64,000 nt of DNA. Origin: Felis catus (Eukaryota). Both the position numbers and the translations under genes were made by a program. Location: positions 40,922,001 through 40,986,000 of the forward strand of contig NC_058368.1 of the NCBI RefSeq assembly GCF_018350175.1. The letters run 5' to 3'. Under the pieces are notes generated by a model. It was given only the letters and a program-made list of their open reading frames with translations. It was not told the origin of the DNA and did not search any database. Positions 1 through 12,717 of the stretch are shown here, piece by piece (position 1 is the first letter of the stretch; each line of letters begins with the position of its first letter).

Positions 1-665
1 AGTTTCTTATATATTTTTAATATTCACGCCTTATCTGTTTTATGGTTTACAGAATTTTGTTTCCATTTCATGGGTTGCCTTTTCATTTTTTTTATTGTTT
101 CCATTGCTATGCAGAAATGTTTTAGTTTTACATAATTTCACCTATCTACTTTGCTTTTATGTCCTGTGCTTTTTAATGTCAAAAAGATCCAACTTTATCC
201 TTTTACATGTAGATAACCAGTTTCACCAACACAGTTTATTGAAGGGACTTTCCTTTTCCCATTGTGTATTTTTGGTGCCTTTGTTGAAAATTCTTGCCTG
301 TATATATGTAAGTTTTTTTTTTTTTGGGGGGGTCTCTCTATTCTGTTCCATTGATCTATGTGTCTGCTATTATGCCACTATCATACTATTTTAATTACTA
401 TAGCTTTATAATATATTTTGAAATCAGGAAGTGTAGTGCTTCCAGCTTGATTTTAGGACTTTTTTTTTTTTTTTTTTTTTTGCTCTTTCTGTGAAAATAA
501 CATCAGAATTGTGATAGCAATTGCATTGAATCTGTAGGTCATTTTGGGTAAAATGGGCATTTCAACAAAATTAATTCTCCTGATCAGTGAACATGGGTAT
601 CTTTTCATTTATTTGTATCTTGTTCAATTTCTTTAGTCAATGTTTTGTAGTTTTCCATGTCCAGA
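1..665 (-). mobile_element. Old L1 (L1M-type) ORF2 3' region fragment, degenerate; continues beyond the window start
   Basis: Antisense L1 ORF2 phrases (gggttgccttttcatttt, cagtttcaccaacacagtttattgaag, ctattctgttccattgatctatg, attgcattgaatctgtag) are collinear with the younger L1s at 18.5-19.3 kb and 27-27.8 kb. Confidence 0.9.
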
Positions 666-669
666 TCAA

Positions 670-1330
670 CCAAAAAAACAGTAAGGATAAACTGAAAAAC
701 AATGAAGTTGGTGAACAGCAGGTGCTGAGTAATGGAGTGAAAGAGATGTAAAGGAAATGACATTTCTCTGAGAATAGCATTTTATACAGTGTTAACTTTT
801 GGAAACAGGTCAATGTTCTAGACATTCAAAAAATATATTACATTACAAGATATGGAAAGGGGAAAACAAAAACATAATTATGAAGAAAACTTGAAACAAA
901 TGATTCTACTTTCTAAAAATGAACAGTGAGTTTCCAGTGATGAAAATAAGAATAGGGAAGAAAAAGAAAAAAGAACTAATTAAAGTAATTTATAAATATG
1001 GTGATAGACTATGTTCCTTTAGTTTTGAGTAAGATGAAATACTTGAAGACTGCAAATAAATGCTCAACTCTTTTAGTAGTTCCCCTACGAACATTTAGTT
1101 TTACAGATGAAGTTATGTTCAAATTATTTTATATATATTATATTGAAATTATTTTAGATATATTATAGGATTGAGCAAATAAATAAATTGCTAATATTGT
1201 TGGGAGCCAGGGCTATCAGTTTGGAGGAAGAGAGTTACAGATATTTGATAGAGGAAGATTTAGAAAAAAACTGAATTAGAATTAGAGATATTGACGTGAA
1301 CTTGAGATTTCTGAAATATGTATTTGTGAA
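670..1330 (+). mobile_element. Old L1 3'UTR fragment (L1MC4-like)
   Basis: Resembles recalled L1MC 3'-end consensus (tgttgggagccaggg...ggaggaagagagttacagatat); highly diverged. Confidence 0.55.
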
Positions 1331-1350
1331 AGTATACATACATTAACATT

Positions 1351-1806
1351 TAGGCAATTTTCATTATTCTTGGTAGTTATGTTCTATAAAGTTGATGTAA
1401 ACACTGAATTAACAAATTTCCTTTGAGAAAACTTGGTTAAGTTTCTCTGAACTTCTATTCATGCTGCCATCAACAGATCAATATATAACCTTGTTTTGTG
1501 TGAATTTCTATTCAAAGACATCTTATTTAATATGTCAACTAATTAACATTGAACCATGTCCAACAGCATGCTGAATAAAGCCTGTCTAACACACATATTC
1601 TCTGTAAGGCACATCACAGCTTCTTGCGCTTAGAAACACTAGATAGATTTCAGCTCTGCCCCTGGGGGTCTTTTAAACAGTGAACTCACAAGCGAAGATC
1701 ACAAAAATGCAGAAAAGTGGCACTATGTAGACCACCAAAAGATACTTGCTTACAATATGAGAGCTGAAATAAGGAAGCAGAGTTATATCTTTTTTGACCT
1801 CAGCTG
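1351..1806 (+). mobile_element. MER82 (TcMar-Tigger) non-autonomous DNA transposon, 3' end missing
   Basis: Collinear with recalled MER82 consensus: cattattc..ggtagttatgttctataaag, ctaacacacatatt..ctctgtaaggcacatcacagc..ttcttgcgcttag, ending at gacctcagctg. Confidence 0.85.
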
Positions 1807-1807
1807 A

Positions 1808-1913
1808 TATATCAGGGTTCTCCAGAGAAATAGGACCAACAGGTAGGAAGGAGGAGGGGACAGAGGGAGGGAGGGAGAAAGTAAGGGAGAGAGAGAGATT
1901 GATTTATTATAAG
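1808..1913 (-). mobile_element. MLT2 (ERVL LTR) 3'-terminal fragment
   Basis: tcagggttctccagagaaataggaccaa...gagagattgatttattataag is the reverse complement of the MLT2 3' end. Confidence 0.7.
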
Positions 1914-2470
1914 ACAACTTGACTAAGTCATGGGATGCCCAGATACTTGGTTAAGACTATTTCCGTGTGTGTCTGTGTTTCCAGATGCAGGTGTTTCCAG
2001 ATGCAATTGGCATTTGAATTCAAAGCTTGGGTAAAGATCGCCCTCCATAATAGAGTTTGCATCATCCAATCCACTCAAGTCCTGATAGAACAAAAAGGCA
2101 GAGGAAGGGAGAAATTCAGCCTCTCAACCTTACTGCTTGAGCTGAATAAAGGTCTCCAGACCTCAGAATGGATTTTACACCTTTGGTCCTTCGGTTCTCA
2201 GACCTTCAGATTTTGACTAAAACACATACCATTGTTCCTCCTGGCTCTTGGGCCTTTAAACTTGGACCACACCATCCACTTTCTTTGGTCTATAGCTTAC
2301 AGACTACAGAGTGTGGGACCTCTCAGTATACATAATCACACGAATAAATTCCTCATCATAAATCCCAATCTCTCTCAGTGGATAAATAATAGATATTCCA
2401 TGTGTGTGTAAATATGTATATGTATATTCTATTTCTCTGGTGAACCTGACCCTGACTCTGACTATTGCAA
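1914..2470 (+). mobile_element. MLT2 (ERVL) solo LTR, nearly complete
   Basis: caacttgact..ggatgcccagata..tggttaa; catccaatcc..atagaacaaaaaggcagagg; AATAAA; ends tatttctctggtgaacc..ccctgact. Confidence 0.85.
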
Positions 2471-3250
2471 CTAGTTTCAATGAGTGCAAATAAATACTTC
2501 TTGAGAGAGTGAGAGGGATGTCCTGATATGTAAGGAAAATAGAAAGCTTGGCTTTCCATTGAGAAATTTCCAATATACATTAGCTTTTAGAGTTGGGAAA
2601 TCTTCCAGTACAAAAAAAAAATCTATATTCTTGGCATTTGTCACTCATTTAACCTATAAAGGACTATTTTGGCACATATTTCTTTTAATATTCTGGGAAA
2701 ACTGATGCATGATAGTATGGCTTTCATGTTCTTACTGTGTAATAAGTAAGGAGTAATTTAAAATTTTTTAGCCATGAGATAGCATGATTGATTTTGTGTT
2801 TTAAAAGGATCTATGCACTACCAGGAAATATGTTGGACTGGGGACAAAAGTATCTGAAAGTAGTATTTCCCATGCTAAATTAAGGAGAATCTAGATCAAG
2901 AAAGAATCAACATGCTTAAAGAGGATGTAACATGTCTAAGGATTTTTAAGGCACTAGATTTATCAAACTTCTAACAACAACTGGATAAAGGATATTAATG
3001 AAAAGAAGATGAGAAAGGTTGGTTTTTATTGTAAATAAGGTAAATGACAAAACTCACCAAAATAAGATGAGGAGAAAAGATATTTGTTTTAATTTTAAAC
3101 ATATCTATTTCAGACACAGGCACGTATATAATGCAGTATATATATATAATGCTAGTTTAAATGTCTATATGAAATCTGTTGTGAAATGTATATTTGGAAG
3201 TTATCATTTTAAAGAGAGTGAATGAAGTGATGTTAGAAAATGTGATCGTG

Positions 3251-3475
3251 GGGGCGCCTGGGAGGCGCAGTCGGTTAGGCGTCGGACTTCAGCCAGGTCA
3301 CGATCTCGAGGTCCGTGAGTTCGAGCCCCGCGTCAGGCTCTGGACTGATGGCTCAGAGCCTGGAGCCTGTTTCTGATTCTGTGTCTCCCTCTCTCTCTGC
3401 CCCTCCCCCATTCATGCTCTGTCTCTCTCTGTCCCAAAAATAAATAAACGTTGGGAAAAAAAATTAAAAAAAAAT

Positions 3476-3518
<43 letters not shown>
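3251..3518 (+). mobile_element. Can-SINE (young SINEC_Fc type) with (TA)n tail
   Basis: ggggcgcctggg tRNA-like head, CpGs retained, (CT)n linker, A tail; perfect 15-bp TSD gaaaatgtgatcgtg at 3236-3250 and 3519-3533. Confidence 0.98.
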
Positions 3519-3522
<4 letters not shown>

Positions 3523-3804
3523 ATGTGATCGTGTAAGTAAAACATGTAAAGTGATAAATGAAGACTAAGATTGAAACTCAGGAGAAAGTACAATATCCAA
3601 GATACAGGCCAAGATTAGAAACATTCAAAGGACATCGAAAAAGTAATCAAAGTGTTTGGAGAACTAGGAAATTCTTTCTTTTCTTTTCTTTTTTTTCACT
3701 CAAATCAAGAAATTGCTGTTTGAGAAATGAATTTGCAAAAACGTCAGGTGCCATTTTTGAAAGAGGTATAGCAACCCCTCAGAGTCAATTTGTTATTGCA
3801 ATTA

Positions 3805-4115
3805 GCAGTGTAGATGTGGATGAAGAGCATCAAGGGTACAAACATTAGGTTATAAAATAAGTCATGGAGATGTAATATACATCAAGGTGACTATAGCTAA
3901 TAATGCTGTATTGCATATCTGAAGGTTGCTAAGAGTGGATCTTAGAATTTCTTATCACAGGAAAAAAAATTGTAACTACGTAAGGTGATGGATGTTAACT
4001 AGACTTGTTCTGGTGACCATTTCGCAATATATACAAATATCAAATTATTATGTTCTATACCTGAAACTAATGTGTTATATGTCAATTATGACTTGAATGA
4101 AAAAATAAAAATAAA
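3805..4115 (+). mobile_element. L1 3' end (L1MA9/L1_Carn-like)
   Basis: ggtacaaac..taagtcatggagatgtaatatac..ggtgactatag..gttgctaagag..ggtgatggatgttaactagac..acctgaaactaat, then A-rich tail. Confidence 0.85.
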
Positions 4116-4229
4116 AGGCTGAGAAAAAGTGAAGTCTAGATGCCTATGTGGCATCCCTATATATTGCTATTCGGTTATTTTGTGACCTTGAGCAATTCAC
4201 CTGCCCACTCTGGTCATCAAGTTTTTTAC

Positions 4230-4287
4230 ATTTATTTATCTATCTATCTATCTATTTTTGAGAGACAGAGGGAACAAGTGAGCAAGG

Positions 4288-4323
<36 letters not shown>

Positions 4324-4336
4324 AGAATCCCACAAG

Positions 4337-4385
<49 letters not shown>

Positions 4386-4545
4386 GAGGCTCACCCAAAG
4401 CAGGACTCATGTTTTACCTGAAGCAAGAATCCTGTTCACCTGATGCAGGGTTTGTGCTCACCCAATGTGGGACTCAAACTCACAAACTGTGAGGTCATGG
4501 CTTGAGCTGAAGTCAGATGCTTAACGACTGAGCCAGCCAGGTGCC
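4230..4545 (-). mobile_element. Can-SINE variant with internal gctcacc repeats
   Basis: Reverse head (ctgagccagccaggtgcc), two (GA)n tracts, flanking caagttt(t/c)ttac TSD. Confidence 0.9.
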
Positions 4546-4558
4546 AAGTTTCTTACTT

Positions 4559-4559
<1 letters not shown>

Positions 4560-4597
<38 letters not shown>

Positions 4598-4864
4598 TTT
4601 TTTATTTTTTATTTTTTATTTTTTATTTTTTATTTTTTATTTTTATTTATTTTTAATTTTTTTAACGTTTATTTATTTTTGAGACAGGGAGAGACAGAAC
4701 ATGAACAGGGGAGGGTCAGAGAGAGGGAGACACAGAATCTGAAGCAGGCTCCAGGCTCCGAGCTGTCAGCACAGAGTCCGATGCGGGGCTAGAACTCACA
4801 AACTGCGAGATCATGACCTGAGCTGAAGTCGGCTGCTTAACCGACTGAGCCACCCAGGCGCCCC
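4560..4864 (-). mobile_element. Can-SINE (SINEC_Fc) with long (TTTA)n tail
   Basis: Ends ...gactgagccacccaggcgcccc; canonical body. Confidence 0.97.
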
Positions 4865-5187
4865 AACTTTTAAATTGAGATATAATGGAAAATACTTCTT
4901 CAGTTTGCAGTGAGAATTGGTATGGCCAATATATGTCAAATGCTGAGATCAGTACCCAGCATATAGTAATATAAACTATTTTTTGAGAGTTGATGAAGAA
5001 AGCAAAGAGGAAGTAGGAAGTTTGCTAATGAGGGTAGTTTATACGCCTGAGAGAGATCAATGTAAGAGATATGAAAAGTCTTAAAAATTAATCTTCCCAC
5101 ATCCAACATATATTTCATCGTGTTAAGGTGAAAACAAAATGTGAAATGGTGAAAAAGAGAATGTATTCTCAGTAAACATATATTTTA

Positions 5188-5340
5188 TAGGGTTTCTCAA
5201 TTTGGTATCCACAATTGGGATTCAGGGATCTTTGACCCCATATAATTGAATGCAAAAAAAAAAAAAAAATCTGTGGCATATGGTATCATATGAAAATTTT
5301 CAGAATCTGAAAGGAGTCAGTGACCCCCAAACCTTAATAT
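5188..5340 (+). mobile_element. MER103C-like hAT-Charlie fossil
   Basis: agggtttctcaa..ttcaggga..tgacccc..aattgaatgcaaaa..cagaatctgaaagga..gtgaccc matches recalled consensus. Confidence 0.55.
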
Positions 5341-5923
5341 ACTCAGAATTAAATTTCATGTAAGTAAACATTTGTATCAGAGCATGGTAGGTGATATAAA
5401 AATAATGTAAGACAATGATACAGAGAGGGCTGACTACCACCTCACTTCTGTGAGTCTTAAGAGGAGTCCACAGTGGAAATCATACTGGCACTGAAATCTG
5501 TAGGAGTTCCCCCATGCAATACTATTTGCAAAAACAAACAAATAAACAATGACAAAAAACACTCAAGAGGAAAAAGGAAAATATGTGTAAAGACATTTCA
5601 TTTGGGGAAGTTCAGCTGGTTTGCTAGGATTGGAACATAATGCACAGAGAAGGGTATTTGAGAAAAGAGTCTGGACTGTAGATTGGTTTTGGACATGCTG
5701 TGGACTGGTTTCTGCTAGATCTCTTGGAGATCTTTAGATCTCCTGTATTCTGAGCAGTTGAAGCAATTGGCCTATGATCCATTTGCTGGTGGGAGTGGTG
5801 ATCCATTCACCCCTGGGGTAGGAACAAAAGCAAGTGACCTGTTCTACTATTCTAGGCAATTAGCCTTCCAGGTAAATAAACTAAAGATGTTTACAAGGAG
5901 GAAAATGACTTATCCATTGAATG

Positions 5924-5997
5924 TATTTATTTATTTTTTTAATATTTATTTTATGTATTTTAAGAGAGAGAGAGAGCACAATCAGGGGAGGGGCAGA

Positions 5998-6053
<56 letters not shown>

Positions 6054-6163
6054 CCCAAGCATCAGCACAGAGCCTACCATGAGGCTTGAAACTCACAATC
6101 CGTGAGATCATGACCTAAGCTGAAATCAAGAGTCAGATGCTTAACCAACTGAGCCATCCAGGC
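5924..6163 (-). mobile_element. Can-SINE
   Basis: (GA)n, gagatcatgacct..gctgaaatcaagagtcagatgcttaaccaactgagccatccaggc. Confidence 0.95.
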
Positions 6164-6349
6164 TTGAAGGACAACCCCTGTTGAATGTCTTTAGATAAGG
6201 GTTATTTATAGTAAATGAACTATAGTCTATAAGGCATGCCTTCCTGATGAGTGTCACATAAATTATCAGCCTCTTAGATGTTTTGTAATTTAAATGTTTT
6301 CTTCTCTATGTGAGATAACACCAGGAACCTCCCTTAAAGACTTCATCCC

Positions 6350-7000
6350 TTTTTCTGTGCCAGAGGGTGCATGCCTTGTAGATATCTATGATAGCCCAGA
6401 GTTCTCCCTACTTGGTCAAAGGCTCTTGATGTATCCTTAAAATTATTAGTAAATGTTGCAACCAGGTAAGATCTTTGATTGCTATGCATCTAATTGGACA
6501 ATCTGATTCCTTGTGTCATTCATACTGATTGTAAGTACCTCCCCACCCCAAGCATAGCACCCTCAACTTCAGGTAGGACAAACATTAGTATATATTTTTC
6601 TGCTCCAGAGATCCTTGTGTGATTAGCTGTACAGAGGTTTTTGATTGAAATGGCATCCTCACTTGACTTCATCCCTTTCCCTTTTCTGCTTCCTCCACTC
6701 CCTCATCAGTTTCTTTGTGTCGTACTTCCTTAAGAAATTACTTGCAGGGGTACCTGGGTGGCTCAGTCACTTAAGCGACCAACTCTTGGTTTCAGCTCAG
6801 GTCATGATCTCAAGGTTTGGGAGTTCAAACCCTACAATGGGCTCTGTACTCCCAGTGACAAGTCTGCTTGGGATTCTCTCTTTTTACCTCTCCCTCTGCC
6901 CCTCCTGCATTCTCTCTCTTTCAAAATAAATAAACCTAAAAAATAAGTACTTGCATTGGAATCATTGTCTCTGCATCTGTTTTTGAAAATTTGAACTTCT
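6350..7000 (+). mobile_element. ERVL LTR (LTR16/LTR33-like), interrupted by a SINE
   Basis: 3' end ccctttcccttttctgcttcctccactccctc..cttccttaagaaattacttgca [SINE] ..aatcattgtctctgcatctg; 5' boundary uncertain. Confidence 0.5.
6747..6943 (+). mobile_element. Can-SINE
   Basis: ggggtacctgggtggctcagtc head; degenerate TSD ending tacttgca on both sides. Confidence 0.95.
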
Positions 7001-8024
7001 GTAGGCTATATATAATGAGATGTTTGGACTTTAATGTGACAGTAATACATACAAAAATGGAAACCAGTGAAGGGTTTGGAATAGAAAAATCATTCCAAAA
7101 AATATGAGAAAAGGTTGAGGGAAGTGAGCTGTGATACTTATCATCAAAGAAGATGTTACTGCTTTTCATTTTATTAATGACTTCTCTCCTTTGTTTTTTT
7201 ATCAGTTCTTCACTTTACTCATTGCAACGTTCCTGAAGTTCAGTGATACAAATACTGAAGTTGAAGGACAGTTCAGTTTTTTAAATCTGTTGAAAACAAA
7301 CAAATACAGTATGCTATAATCAGTAAACATTTTTCTGGGTAACATTCTACAAATACCAGCATATAAAATTTTTATATCCTGTGAAGTACCAATTGTAAAA
7401 AGCAATTTTGCTAGGGAAAATGTGAAGAGTATAGAACCAATAAAGTGCAATAAGGATTGTTACAACACTGGTTCATTGCTCCAAATACTTGAGAGACCTC
7501 TCAGGATTGAGTCAGAATAACTTCTCAAGTTGAGCTGACCCAATATACATTATCCCTGATTAGGTGACAGCATGGATGTGAAGAAGGAAAGAAATAGGAG
7601 GGATAGAAACAAACAAAAATATCCTAGAATTAGTTTTGTATTAAGAAATTTTCAAAGTCTGATATTTGTTTACAATCAGTGAAATGAGAATAAAAATCTA
7701 TTTCATTCCAAATTGTAAAGACTGATGAACTCTCTCCTATATAGTAGGTCCATCAAAAGGTTTTAAGTCTTAGATAATAAATGCTTGGCTAGAATCCTCT
7801 TGGAAAAGGAAAACAAATTATTATGTATTAGCTGTTTAATACCATGAGTTAAAGCAATTAACTCTTATGTATCACTGATAAGAGCTAACACAGGGAAATT
7901 TAATTAAATATTAACAGAAGACTTTGAGTAAGAAAACATATGAAAATATATACCCATCAAGAATAATAAAAGTAAAATTTTAGAAAAAATATTGGAATAA
8001 AATGGGACTTACTATTTATGTAAA

Positions 8025-8190
8025 GGCAATATAGCTTGTTGAAGAGCAAGAAATATAAATTCGTTCTGCTTGGGTTCAATTCTTCATTCTGATATTTATT
8101 AACAGTATGATTTTGGGTGAGGCACTGAGCTATATGTCATTTTTCCATTCTCTAAAGTTAGAGAAATACCTACCTCACTGACTTGTTGAA

Positions 8191-8228
<38 letters not shown>

Positions 8229-8300
8229 CACCTAGAATATTACACTTAGAATCATTTAAAATGTGGGGGTTATTCAGTAAATACTCTGTTATTATTATGA
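8025..8300 (+). mobile_element. MIR SINE with internal (TA)n
   Basis: tgcttgggttcaattctt..tgattttggg..tacctacctcac..ttgttgaaga core. Confidence 0.6.
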
Positions 8301-8537
8301 TCTTTAATTAATATTTTTGCCTTAATAACTGAGGAATAAACATACAAAACAGCAATTGTAAGTGTTAAATTTTAAAAAATGTTTAACACATAGGCAAAAT
8401 ATGCTAATATTTAGCTTAGGACACTCAAAATGGCAGACTTTTGATGTCAACTTCTTATTAAGCAAAAATAAATGCGCTTGTAAATATCCAGATTTTCTTC
8501 ATTGGATTTGTTCTCTTTTTTTCCACTGGCATTTTTA

Positions 8538-8747
8538 TTTTTGGTTTCTTAAAATTTTTTACATGTTTATTTATTTTTGAGAGAAAGGTATAAAGAGAGG
8601 GGCACAGAGAAGGGGACAGAGGCTCCGAAGTGGGCTTTGCGCTGACAGCAGAGAGCCTGATGCAGAGCTTGAACTCACAAACTGAACCATGAGATCCTGA
8701 CCTGAGCTAAAGTTAGACGCTTAACTGACTTAGCCACCCAGGCACCC
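8538..8747 (-). mobile_element. Can-SINE
   Basis: Canonical reverse head; TSD ttc(c/t)actgg(c/t)atttt. Confidence 0.95.
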
Positions 8748-9831
8748 TTCTACTGGTATTTTAAAATGCTTATGTAGGAATATTCTTTCAAAATATTTTT
8801 ATGGGATAACATTTCCACCTAAGCAAATGAATTTAACATGTATGAGAAATATAAAACTTACAGCATTTGATGTCAATTAATACATCAGTTAAACTACTAA
8901 TTATTAAACTTTGATGATGCCTCTGACACTGTAGTGCTCAGAGGTAATACAGAAATGAATATGACAAACTTCCTGCTGTGGTACAAGCTCACCATCTATT
9001 AGAAGAGAGAGGTACTTCCCAGTTCCTACATATTCTGATAGGGTTAGAGTAGTGTTTTGTCCAGGGAAACAGAGAGATGAGGCTCTTCACCTTGCCAGTG
9101 GAACCCAGCATGGCTCTGAGAACTGAACACTATTAAATGGAATTTGAATTAAAGACTTCATACTGATTGTTTTCTGTCTACTGTAAAATTAAACTATGTA
9201 AGATTTAAGATCTTCATAAACAACACCCATCATGTATGTCTTAGCTGTCCTTATTTAGAAGCACCAAGATATTTTTGAACCAAATATAAAATTTCTCACA
9301 GCAAATTGGCCTTGATTTAATGCCAGAATTCATTCTACAGAATTCATTACCTATGAAAATGAAAGATGAAGTACTCTACCAGTATACCAGATGTAAACTT
9401 GTGAAGAGTACCCAACTTCTCTGAGTTTACATATTTGTGAAATAAGGATAGTTAAATAAACTCAACTGCTAAGCTTCTAGCACAAGCTGCAATTCCTGGA
9501 CATAGTGAGCATTCAATATGTGGTGGCTAGAATCTGTGTTGTTATATTCTTATTATTGTTAGGAACACAGTAAATTTAAATTAATGCTGATAACTATCCA
9601 AAAAGATAACTTTCTTCCTTATCATTCTATTCTCTTCTAAAATTAATGAGAACATAAAAAACTCAATGTCCTTAAGAACAGCTTCATATTACAGAAATGA
9701 CCAATAGAGTAAAAATTTTCTGGGTGGGCCAGAAACTTCAAAAATATGATTTTTTTGCTTTTAGGTATGCTCATGAATTACTTGGAGAATATTGGGAACG
9801 TTATTTGCAGTCAACTAAAATGAATAAATGC

Positions 9832-9868
9832 ATATATATATGTATGTATATATATATATGTATGTATA

Positions 9869-9899
<31 letters not shown>

Positions 9900-9918
9900 G
9901 CATTTATATATATATACA
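9832..9918. repeat. (TA)n/(TATG)n low-complexity tract
   Basis: Direct inspection. Confidence 0.9.
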
Positions 9919-10264
9919 CTCTTTACATAAAATTCCATGAAGCCAAGGTTAAGAAGCATAAACACATAAACACACATGTGAACATATGTATGTATGTATA
10001 TATTCATGGATGCATATATCTTCAGTTTATACTACCTGAAACTAAAGCATTCGATATCGTATCATAATTGTTGATCTACACTTTATCTGTTTTGCTTCAG
10101 TACTTAAAATTAGATGCATCTTTGTATGGTTTCCTTAGCATGGGAAACACTATAAAACCACTTTTGCACTTTTTGAAATGCCATACTTTTTGATTAATCT
10201 CTGAAAAACTATGGAGCATAAACATTTCTTCTCTGAACTCACATATTTGGACTGACTGCATTTC

Positions 10265-10454
10265 TTTTCTTTTTTTAAAATTTAATTGCTGGAGGGGGTA
10301 GGGGCAGAGGGACAGGGAGAGAAAGAATCCCCAACAAGCTCCACGCTATCAGCGCAGAGCTCAACACAGAGCTCAATCTCACGAACCATGAGATCATGAC
10401 CTGAGCTAAAATCAAGAGTAGGAAGTTTAACCAACTGAACGACCCAGGCATCCC
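10265..10454 (-). mobile_element. Can-SINE
   Basis: Reverse head; TSD tggactga(c/a)tgc. Confidence 0.93.
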
Positions 10455-10778
10455 TGGACTGAATGCTTTTCTTTTGTTAGGAAGCAACAAGGAATATATC
10501 ATTGGTAATTTATTATTTTAAAATCTAGAATTGTAAAGTAATTAAAACATTGCAGTTATATCTTCTTAATGCGATGGATATTAAACAGGGACAATATCCA
10601 TGAAAAGAGAATAGTAAAGTGGCTGTCAGCATTGATGCTGGTCTCTGAGCAATGGCTCTTCTAGTGTGCCAAGAGAAGATTTAAGAGCAATCAAAACGTC
10701 ATCTTGACTCAGACACAGTGGACGTGTCACTTGGTTTAGCAAACAGAGATAGCCAAAAATTGGTAACAAAGTCTAATT

Positions 10779-10998
10779 TTTTTTAAATTTTTTAAAGTTT
10801 ATTTATTTTTTTGAGACAGAGAGAGACAGAGCATGAATGGGGGAGGGGCAGAGAGAGAGGGAGACACAGGATCCATAACAGGCTCCAGGCTCTGAGCTGT
10901 AGGCACAGAGCCCTATGCGGGGCTTGAGCTCACAGACCGCGAGATCACAACCTGGGCCCAAGTCGGACGCTCAACCGACTGAGCCACCCAGGCGCCCC
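10779..10998 (-). mobile_element. Can-SINE (young SINEC_Fc)
   Basis: CpG-retaining body; TSD caaagtctaatt at 10767 and 11001. Confidence 0.97.
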
Positions 10999-12299
10999 AG
11001 CAAAGTCTAATTCTTAAACTCAGAATTTTACTTTCTTGGTGTCAACCCTTTTTGTGATGCTTAATGAAGACCAGTCTCCTGTCTCTATCTAAACCACCTC
11101 ATTTAGCTTTTATTTTCTACTGAAGCATAAATTTGATTTTGACTGATTTAACTGAGTAGCAACTGTCTTCCTCACGATCCTGGTACTTTGATGATGAAGA
11201 GAGGCATCCAGGGCTATGCTGCAAATTGTCTAATTAGAAATTTTAGTATCATCAGAGTATACCCCTTTTGTACATCAGATAGGGCAATCTAAGCTAATTT
11301 CTATATGAGGCTTCAATAAATATAAAAAAATTTCCATTTTCAAAATGTACATTTTATCAGTAAAGAAAGTGTATTTAGTGGAAATAAAAAAAAAAAACAT
11401 TTAGAGGGTAAAACAGCTGTCTTTAGTGATATGTGGGGTGAGTGGGAGTCTTCATACAGTTTCTTTGCTTGTTTTTAATCTGTCTTCTTACCCACCAGAT
11501 ATATAAGGAAAATGAAAAAGATAAAACTAAACCAAACATTAACATAAACACAAACATACACATATATACATACACACACATACACATAATTTTTAAAAAT
11601 AAGAAATGATTCAAGTCCAATAGTAACACAAATTCAAACTAGACCAGGCACATATTTTCCATATAAGATTGATAAAAAACACAAAAGATGAAGAGATGGC
11701 TTATTTCTTTGTCCATTAAATATTTGAGTACATGCTATGTAGCCCTACTTGAAATTTTAGAGGTGCATCTCTTATCATGATAAAGTACTTGCTTTTGTAG
11801 AATTTGTACTTTAGTGAAAGGATACAGAAAACAAGTACCTAAATAAACAATAAAAATGCATTCAGAAATATCAGAATTGTATGAACAAAAATTAAATAGA
11901 GTGTATAATAGAGAACGACTAAGTTGGGAGGAGCTACTTTGGATTGAGTGCTCAGTGAAAGCTTCTTTGAGGAGACAACATTTTGGGGGTTGTGAATGGC
12001 AAGAAACCAGCCTTGAGGAAAGAATTTTTTGTGGGTTTTTTTTTTTTTTTTTTTTTGCAAGCACAGAAAATAGTTGTTGCTGTTGTTTTCCAAAGCTAGA
12101 GTTATACCACAGGATCTAAGTAAGTGTCAACTTGAGCATCCCCAGAAATACGGCCAGCAGGGCTGGAGCTCAGTATGGAAAAGGAGATCAGAAAGAGAGC
12201 AATTAAGCAGGACCTGTTAGCTTTTACTTAAATGTGATGGAGAGTTTTCAAAATGAAAGTGTTATTTGAAAATGAAATGCTATAATAAAACTTTATATA

Positions 12300-12516
12300 T
12301 ATTTATATAATGTTTTATTATTCATTTTTAAGAGAGAATGAGACAGAGTGTGAGCAGAGGAGGGGCAGAGAGAGAGGGAGACACAGAGTCTGAAGCAGGC
12401 TCCAGGCTCTGAGCTGTCAACACAGAGCCCGCCACAGGGCTCGAACCTACGAACAGCATGATCATGACCTGAGCTGAAGTTGGATGCCTAACCAACTGAG
12501 CCACCCAGGCGCCCCC
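12300..12516 (-). mobile_element. Can-SINE
   Basis: Ends ...ccaactgagccacccaggcgccccc. Confidence 0.96.
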
Positions 12517-12717
12517 ATACATGTATATTTTCAGAGCAGAGTAAAAAACCAGTGATCAGTGGTCCTGCCTTACTTAGGGTGGCAGTAATTGTGATGGAGA
12601 AAAGGTCATTGGTTTGGGTGAAGGCAAAGACAGCAGGAACTGGTGAAATATTAAATGTTTGGGATGAGAGAATAAGAGCAAGGAATCGTGGAGATGTTAA
12701 ATTTTTGGTATAAGCAT

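Noticed and set aside
3333..10067. ORFs with YIYI, ERER, LSLS or FIYL runs
   Set aside because: Translations of microsatellites and SINE linkers or tails
10620..10750. Cluster of AP-1, CRE and forkhead-like words
   Set aside because: Short motifs are expected by chance; there is no independent support
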